64,000 nucleotides of DNA from an uncultured Syntrophorhabdus sp. (lineage in GTDB: Bacteria; Desulfobacterota; Syntrophorhabdia; Syntrophorhabdales; Syntrophorhabdaceae), in contig CAZENE010000002.1 of the NCBI GenBank assembly GCA_964513565.1, forward strand, positions 63,894 to 127,893, in the 5' to 3' direction. Under the pieces are notes generated by a model. It had not been told where the DNA came from and ran no database searches. It saw only the letters and a list, made by a program, of their open reading frames with translations. The translations under genes were made by a program, and so were the position numbers. The first letter of the stretch is position 1. Each line of letters opens with the position of its first letter. Shown in pieces: positions 58,756 to 64,000 of this stretch.

Positions 58756-59710
58756 ACGGCTTTTGTTCATGGTCCCGATGGTATTCGGGATCACCCTTAT
58801 TTCTTTCGCAGTCATTCATCTTGTACCGGGAGAGCCCGGTATGCTTGAAGCCGAGATGAATCCGAAGATCACGAAGGAAGCGCGTGAGCGGATCCGCGCC
58901 TTTTACGGACTTGATAAACCCCTTCACGTTCAATACTGGACATGGCTCAAGAGGATCGTACGATTGGATTTCGGGACCTCTTTCGCCACAGACCGTCGTC
59001 CCGTTCTCGATAAGATCAAGGAAAGACTTCCGATCACGATATTAATAAATCTTCTGTCCATGGGCCTCATCTTTATCTTCGGTATACCCATAGGGGTCTA
59101 TTGTGCCCGCTATAAAGACTCGATCACGGATAAACTGCTCACGTCCTTTGTGTTCGCCGGGTATGCGGCGCCGACATTCTGGGTGGCTTTGCTCGCGATG
59201 ATCTTCTTCGGGGTCTATCTGGAGATACTGCCTGTGTCCGGAATCAAATCCTATGATTTTCAGGATATGAGCCTTCTGGGAAAAATTGCCGACGTGGCGC
59301 GGCATCTTGTCCTTCCCGTCGCTATCTCCGCGGTGGGAAGCCTTGCGGGTATATCGCGCTATATGAAAAGCAGTCTGCTCGAGGTCCTCAGGCAGGAATA
59401 CATCACAACTGCATACGCCAAGGGACTTCCCGAAAAGATAGTGATCCGCAAACATGCCCTCAGAAACGCCCTTCTTCCCGTGATAACTGTCCTCGGCCTG
59501 TCGGTGCCAGGGCTGATCGGAGGCAGTGTAATATTCGAAAGCATTTTTTCCATACCGGGCATGGGCCAGCTTTTTTACTTCAGTGTCATGGCCAGGGATT
59601 ATCCCACCATCATGGGAATTCTCGTAATAGGTGCATTCCTCACCCTTGTGGGCAACCTGATAGCCGACGTGTCATACGCCGTGGCGGACCCGAGGATAAG
59701 GATCGGGTAA
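58736..59710 (+). CDS. ABC transporter permease (DppB/OppB type)
   Basis: [25 protein letters not shown]-terminus. EAA-like loop [25 protein letters not shown]. Confidence 0.88.
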   Translation: MLQYLAKRLLFMVPMVFGITLISFAVIHLVPGEPGMLEAEMNPKITKEARERIRAFYGLDKPLHVQYWTWLKRIVRLDFGTSFATDRRPVLDKIKERLPITILINLLSMGLIFIFGIPIGVYCARYKDSITDKLLTSFVFAGYAAPTFWVALLAMIFFGVYLEILPVSGIKSYDFQDMSLLGKIADVARHLVLPVAISAVGSLAGISRYMKSSLLEVLRQEYITTAYAKGLPEKIVIRKHALRNALLPVITVLGLSVPGLIGGSVIFESIFSIPGMGQLFYFSVMARDYPTIMGILVIGAFLTLVGNLIADVSYAVADPRIRIG

Positions 59711-59726
59711 ATGAAGCTCCGAGGCT

Positions 59727-60650
59727 GTGTCGGGGGCGATGAATAAGATCCTGATGAATAAGAAATTCAAGGAATTGTCAAAGGGCGGTATGGTCGGGAT
59801 GCGGGAATTGCCCGGTATCCTCAAACTGGTTTTCAGGAAATACCAGGCCGACCATGCCAATATCATAGTTTCATCCATTTCTTTTTATATCCTGCTGACG
59901 TTTATTCCCTTTACGCTTTTTTCCTTTTTTATCATCAGCTATGTGATCGACATAAGCCATCCGGTAGCGCACATGGAAAAATACATAGCAAATGTCATCC
60001 CCGCACCCTACAATGCCGTCATCGTAAAAAAACTTCTCAGAGAATTGAACTTGATATCTGTTTCCAAGCGGCTCTCGGGGCCGCTGGGCCTTCTTTTTCT
60101 TCTTTTGTTCACGTCTCGTCTTTTTGCAGTCATGCGACCGGCATTTCACCTTATTTTCGGTATGACGAAAAAGGGATTTTTCAAAGGGAAGCAGGAGGAG
60201 CTTTTCCTTACGTTGACATTCTCGTTCATCCAGACGCTCATCTTCTTCAGTTTTATGTTTTCCCTGATCATTCAGGTGAAACTGGCAAAGACCCTGGGTG
60301 GTTTCATGACGAGAGCCTCATTTTCACTTGTGGACCTACTGCTTGTTACCGGGATGTTCTGGTTCCTGTACTATTTCCTCACTCCGGTGAGGGACAAAAA
60401 GAAGCTCTTCTTCGCGGCATCCTTTGGTGCGGTTCTCTGGCATGCAGGCAAGTATTTTTTTCAGTATTTTGTGCTTTATATAGGACGGTTTACCACATTA
60501 TTCGGGACCTTTGGCGTGTTCCTGGCGGTTCTCTTTTGGGTTTATTTTTCGGTATTCGTTTTTTTTGTTTGCGCCGAATTTCTCGCAGTGTCATCAGGGC
60601 GGGTCAATGCGCCTCGGCCCAGCTATGCCCCGTTCCGATCGAAACGATAA
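59727..60650 (+). CDS. YihY/BrkB family membrane protein
   Basis: Six predicted TM. ...ANIIVSSISFYILLTFIPF and GAVLWHAGKYFFQYFV motifs. The 3' end overlaps the polA 3' end by 47 nt. Confidence 0.75.
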   Translation: MSGAMNKILMNKKFKELSKGGMVGMRELPGILKLVFRKYQADHANIIVSSISFYILLTFIPFTLFSFFIISYVIDISHPVAHMEKYIANVIPAPYNAVIVKKLLRELNLISVSKRLSGPLGLLFLLLFTSRLFAVMRPAFHLIFGMTKKGFFKGKQEELFLTLTFSFIQTLIFFSFMFSLIIQVKLAKTLGGFMTRASFSLVDLLLVTGMFWFLYYFLTPVRDKKKLFFAASFGAVLWHAGKYFFQYFVLYIGRFTTLFGTFGVFLAVLFWVYFSVFVFFVCAEFLAVSSGRVNAPRPSYAPFRSKR

Positions 60651-63600
60651 GGGGGACATCAAGCGATATGACGCTCTCCATCTCGTGCCGGACAAGATCT
60701 ATCATGTCCGCCGCCTCGTTCTCGGCCACTTCACAGAGAAGCTCATCGTGTATCTGAAGAATGAGCCGGGAGTTGAACCCCCGCTGCCGGATCGCACGGT
60801 GTATGTTGATCATGGCGATCTTTATTATGTCTGCCGCCGTTCCCTGGATCGGCGTGTTCATAGCGACCCTTTCACCAAGCTGGCGCACCGTAGGGTCGTT
60901 GTTATTCAGTTCGGGTATGAACCGGATCCTCCCGAGAAGCGTCCGTATGAACCCATGCGTCCGCGCGCTTTCTTTAACGCTGTCCATATAGTCCTTTACG
61001 GCCTTATGGCGCTCGAAATAACTGTCGATATATGTTTGTGCCTCCTTTTGACCGACCCCGAGCTGTTTTGACAGGCCGAATGCGCTCATCCCGTATATGA
61101 TACCGAAATTTATCACCTTTGCGGCCCGGCGCATATCGGCTGTAACGCTGTCAGTTCCGACTACGAATACATTCGCGGCCACCCGTGTGTGAATGTCTTC
61201 GTTCCTGTGAAACGTGTCGATCAACTCCCGGTCCTGGGACAGGTGAGCGAGTACGCGAAGCTCAATTTGAGAATAGTCTGAAGAGAGGAGGAGAAATCCA
61301 TCGGCTGGCACAAACGACTCCCGTATTTTCGGGCCTTCTTCGCCCCGTATCGGGATATTCTGGAGGTTGGGGTCGCTGCTCGATAATCGTCCTGTTGCCA
61401 CCACCATCTGGTTGAACGTGGTGTGTATCCTTCCGGTTGCGGGGTTGATGAGGGTGGGCAAGACATCGATATATGTATTCTTCAGTTTTGTCAGCGACCT
61501 ATATTCGAGTATCATGGCCGGAAGGGGGTGGCTCTCGGAAAGGATCTCCAGAACCCCCGTATCTGTCGAATATCCCGTTTTCGTTTTCTTGACGGGGGTC
61601 AATCCCAGCGTGTCGAAAAGCACGCGGCATAACTGTTGCGGGGAATTAATATTGAACGGGCCGTCGGAATGCACGTAGATCTCCTTGACGATCCCGGTCA
61701 ATCGCTGATCGAAATCACGAGAAAGCTCGCCGAGTTTTCGCCGGTCGACTCTTACACCGGATACCTCCATATCGGCGAGGACCTCAACGAGCGGCAGCTC
61801 CGTCCTGAAAAAAAGGTCGGCAACCTGAAGTTCGTCAAGCTGCCCTCGCAGGGTATCTGCAAGTTCGGGGATGCATGAGGCCATGTCGCGAAGGGATACA
61901 GCTATATCCATTTCCGTGGGGGTTATATCGCAATATTCTTCGAGTATGGCCTGAAGGGTAAAGTCTTTTCTCAGCGGGTTTACCAGGTATGCCGCAAGCA
62001 GGGTGTCGAATACCTTTTTCCCCCGCAAGCAGTCTCCCGAGGCTATGAAGAAAGGTTTAAGGTTATGGACTATTATTTCTCGCGCGTTGCTTAAAACAGT
62101 GACAAAATCCGATTCGGCCATCGAAAAAAAGACCCCGTCACCATCAAACACAGCGAATGCCTCGACACGAAGCGTACCTGCGTTTTTTCCTTGGAAGGCC
62201 GCCGCTATATAAATCCGGTCATATGCGAGGTCCTCCAGTATTTTTTCTTTCAGGTCCCTTGGCCGTCGAGGTTCAACCTTGATCTCCCGGTACAGGGCCG
62301 TAAATTCGAGTGCTCTGTAGATCTTTCGAAGCTCTTTGAGGTCTTCAGTCCGCCCACACAGCACTTCGACATTTGTCTCTATCGGTACGTCATATCGCAG
62401 TGTGGCGAGTTGCCTGCTTAGTTCGGCTTTTTCCTTGCCGGCGATCAATCTTTCTTTCACCGCTTTTTTGTTTATCTCGTCGATATGTTTGTAGATATTG
62501 TCAAACGAACCCATCGTCGATACTAACTCGCGCGCCGTTTTTTCACCGATCCCCGGAACGCCGGGAATATTGTCCGAGGTATCCCCGCACAATGCGAGAT
62601 AATCAATAATGTTCCCGGGAGATACTCCGAATTTGTCCCTGACCTCTGCCTCGCCAATGACAAGGTTTTTCATGGTATCGAGGATTATGACCCTTTCGCC
62701 GACGAGCTGCATCATATCCTTGTCGCTCGTTACGATAAACGTCATGACATCATCCTGCATTTTGAGGTGTTCGGTCAGGGTCGCAATTATATCATCCGCC
62801 TCGAAACCGTCCTTTTCGAGGATAGGCAGGCCAAGTGCATCTATTATTTTTTTTACGACAGGGACCTGCAGAGACAGGTTATCGGGCATCGGGGGACGCT
62901 GCGATTTGTATTGTGCCGAGATCTCTTCTCTGAACGACGGAGCTTTCGAATCGAATATAATAATGAGGATGTCGGGATTTTCCGTATTACGGAGCTTTTT
63001 TATCATGCTCACGAACGCATAGATCGCATTCGTCGGAAACCCGCGTGAATTTGACAGGTGTGGTGTGGCGTAAAAAGCTCTGTAAAGATATGAATTCCCA
63101 TCAACAAGGTATACCCGTTTATATGTGACGGCAGTTACATTTTCTATCATACATCCTTCCCGTTCTGATTTCTGATCATTGATCGTTTTCACCGTCTTAA
63201 AACGCGTCTTAATTTTGAATGTCCTTTTTTGAGGAAACCGGAGGATCGTGACCGAAAAAGTATCCTCGATCTTTTTCAGAAAACTGTCTATATCGGCCCG
63301 GGTTCTCATTGAGACCGTGAACCAGAGATTGAGCTCTCCCTCACGTTCGTAATTATGGGTAACAGAAGGTTCGCCGTTCACTGCTTCAGCCATTTTATCT
63401 AGTCTTCCAGGCTCAAGGGCTGCCGCGCATAAAAGGCTGGAATACCCGAGTTGTTTTGGGTCAAGGACCGGCCCTATCCTCCGGATATACCCGGACGCCT
63501 TGAGAGTTCGCAATCTTTCCTGCACCTCTTCCCCTGTAAGGCCCACCTTTTTGCCGATATCGGTAAACGGCCTTTCTGTAAGCGGGAATTCATCCTGTAG

Positions 63601-63672
63601 CATATCGAGCAATTTCCGGTCCGTGTCGTCCATAACATGTCCGGGCTTTTCTTTCAAATATTCCTTTGACAC
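60604..63672 (-). CDS. polA: DNA polymerase I, as one continuous ORF with an N-terminal AsnC-type / siroheme-decarboxylase (AhbA/AhbB, NirDLGH)-like domain
   Basis: Residues 175-1022 run from the 5' nuclease (VYLVDGNSYLYRAFYA) to the pol motifs (LLSSDYSQIELRVLAH, RRAAKVINFGIIYG, QIHDEL). Residues 1-174 show RKLLDMLQDEFPL...SGYIRRIGPVL...SVTHNYERE..LNLWFTV. There is no stop between the two parts. Confidence 0.85.
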   Translation of the reverse strand: MSKEYLKEKPGHVMDDTDRKLLDMLQDEFPLTERPFTDIGKKVGLTGEEVQERLRTLKASGYIRRIGPVLDPKQLGYSSLLCAAALEPGRLDKMAEAVNGEPSVTHNYEREGELNLWFTVSMRTRADIDSFLKKIEDTFSVTILRFPQKRTFKIKTRFKTVKTINDQKSEREGCMIENVTAVTYKRVYLVDGNSYLYRAFYATPHLSNSRGFPTNAIYAFVSMIKKLRNTENPDILIIIFDSKAPSFREEISAQYKSQRPPMPDNLSLQVPVVKKIIDALGLPILEKDGFEADDIIATLTEHLKMQDDVMTFIVTSDKDMMQLVGERVIILDTMKNLVIGEAEVRDKFGVSPGNIIDYLALCGDTSDNIPGVPGIGEKTARELVSTMGSFDNIYKHIDEINKKAVKERLIAGKEKAELSRQLATLRYDVPIETNVEVLCGRTEDLKELRKIYRALEFTALYREIKVEPRRPRDLKEKILEDLAYDRIYIAAAFQGKNAGTLRVEAFAVFDGDGVFFSMAESDFVTVLSNAREIIVHNLKPFFIASGDCLRGKKVFDTLLAAYLVNPLRKDFTLQAILEEYCDITPTEMDIAVSLRDMASCIPELADTLRGQLDELQVADLFFRTELPLVEVLADMEVSGVRVDRRKLGELSRDFDQRLTGIVKEIYVHSDGPFNINSPQQLCRVLFDTLGLTPVKKTKTGYSTDTGVLEILSESHPLPAMILEYRSLTKLKNTYIDVLPTLINPATGRIHTTFNQMVVATGRLSSSDPNLQNIPIRGEEGPKIRESFVPADGFLLLSSDYSQIELRVLAHLSQDRELIDTFHRNEDIHTRVAANVFVVGTDSVTADMRRAAKVINFGIIYGMSAFGLSKQLGVGQKEAQTYIDSYFERHKAVKDYMDSVKESARTHGFIRTLLGRIRFIPELNNNDPTVRQLGERVAMNTPIQGTAADIIKIAMINIHRAIRQRGFNSRLILQIHDELLCEVAENEAADMIDLVRHEMESVISLDVPLIVSIGTGHSWAEAH
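63151..63672 (-). other. Siroheme decarboxylase-like (AsnC/Lrp fold) domain segment of the polA ORF
   Basis: 174 codons. It is followed in frame by GGGAAGGA-tgt-ATG (63150), i.e. an internal SD plus start for a stand-alone 848-aa Pol I. Confidence 0.7.
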
Positions 63673-63698
63673 GATAGATCATCTAATCGTAACATAGC

Positions 63699-63727
63699 TT
63701 GAGAACTAAAATACACTTTTCTATAAT
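63699..63727 (+). promoter_or_regulatory. Sigma-70 type promoter
   Basis: TTGAGA-N17-TATAAT, about 55 nt upstream of ATG 63782. Confidence 0.55.
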
Positions 63728-63781
63728 ATATGTCTTCCGGGATGTAATAGAGTTCGCGTAAGACATAAATGGAGGTTGATC

Positions 63782-64000
63782 ATGAAACGTATATTCATAA
63801 CCCTGGTTGTATGTTTTGTCTGCCTGTCGTCCGTACCGTTAATTGCAGCTGAAAAAGCGAAGGAGCAGTCCCTCGTGTGTCCCCGTTCGGTGTCAGTGGA
63901 GGTTGCGATTAGATCGCACGGCCAGGTAAGTGATTGGGAAGCGATCCCCGCAAAGAGCACTTTCACGTTGGCGATCAAGGAAAACGCGATCAGGAACGAT
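63782..64000 (+). CDS. Secreted hypothetical protein, 3' end beyond window
   Basis: GGAGG RBS. MKRIFITLVVCFVCLSSVPLIAA/EK signal peptide. The frame is open to the window edge, so it is absent from the ORF track (no stop). Confidence 0.5.
   Translation, partial: MKRIFITLVVCFVCLSSVPLIAAEKAKEQSLVCPRSVSVEVAIRSHGQVSDWEAIPAKSTFTLAIKENAIRND

Noticed and set aside
63721-63978. Minus-strand ORF of 85 aa at the window end
   Set aside because: The plus strand has promoter, RBS and signal peptide in correct register (63699-63851). The antisense ORF is therefore considered a shadow.

Overview
Chromosomal window of about 52% GC, gene-dense, with about 60 protein genes. No rRNA, tRNA, CRISPR array, transposase or integrase was recognised. 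The gene content suggests an anaerobic Desulfobacterota- or Nitrospirota-like organism: nrfHA, an AhbA/B-like domain, sigma-54 regulation and many NarL/HisKA_3 pairs. This is inference only. Layout: (1) 1-10231 (+) is a translationally coupled glycan-biosynthesis operon. It encodes an AsnB-type amidotransferase, two ATP-grasp ligases, an LbH acyltransferase, a GT4, a fused Gfo/Idh/MocA-SDR enzyme, a QxxRW membrane GT2 synthase and a methyltransferase. (2) 10299-12559 (-) holds two secreted proteins behind a near-consensus sigma-54 promoter. They lie divergent to a histidine kinase and NtrC-type activator (12868-15701). (3) 15908-26692 (+) is a complete type II secretion operon, gspG-D-E-F-H-I-J-K-L-M plus a GspC/PilP-like gene. 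(4) 26767-34119 holds regulators, an exported VanX-type dipeptidase, an NMO/FabK-like oxidoreductase, a HisKA_3/NarL pair and gdhA. (5) 34198-42556 holds a CMD protein, a LemA-TPM-TPM triad, a transglutaminase-like protein with a coupled Cys-rich mini-protein, an MCP, a methyltransferase and three envelope proteins. (6) 42736-48364 (-) is an uncharacterised five-gene operon: a SpoIID-domain protein without a signal peptide, a sugar-1-P nucleotidyltransferase, an AmgK-like kinase, a two-domain GT2 and a DUF4922/GalT-type HIT protein. (7) 48594-53628 holds a His/Pro/Tyr-rich mini-protein, an MBL hydrolase, a NarL regulator with a sensor-less kinase, and nrfHA. (8) 53876-64000 holds housekeeping genes, an incomplete peptide ABC importer, and a polA ORF carrying an in-frame N-terminal siroheme-decarboxylase-like domain. 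The most interesting items are the 42.7-48.4 kb operon, the sigma-54 module with adjacent T2SS and candidate cargo, the AhbAB-like/PolA fusion, and the amidoligase-rich glycan operon.
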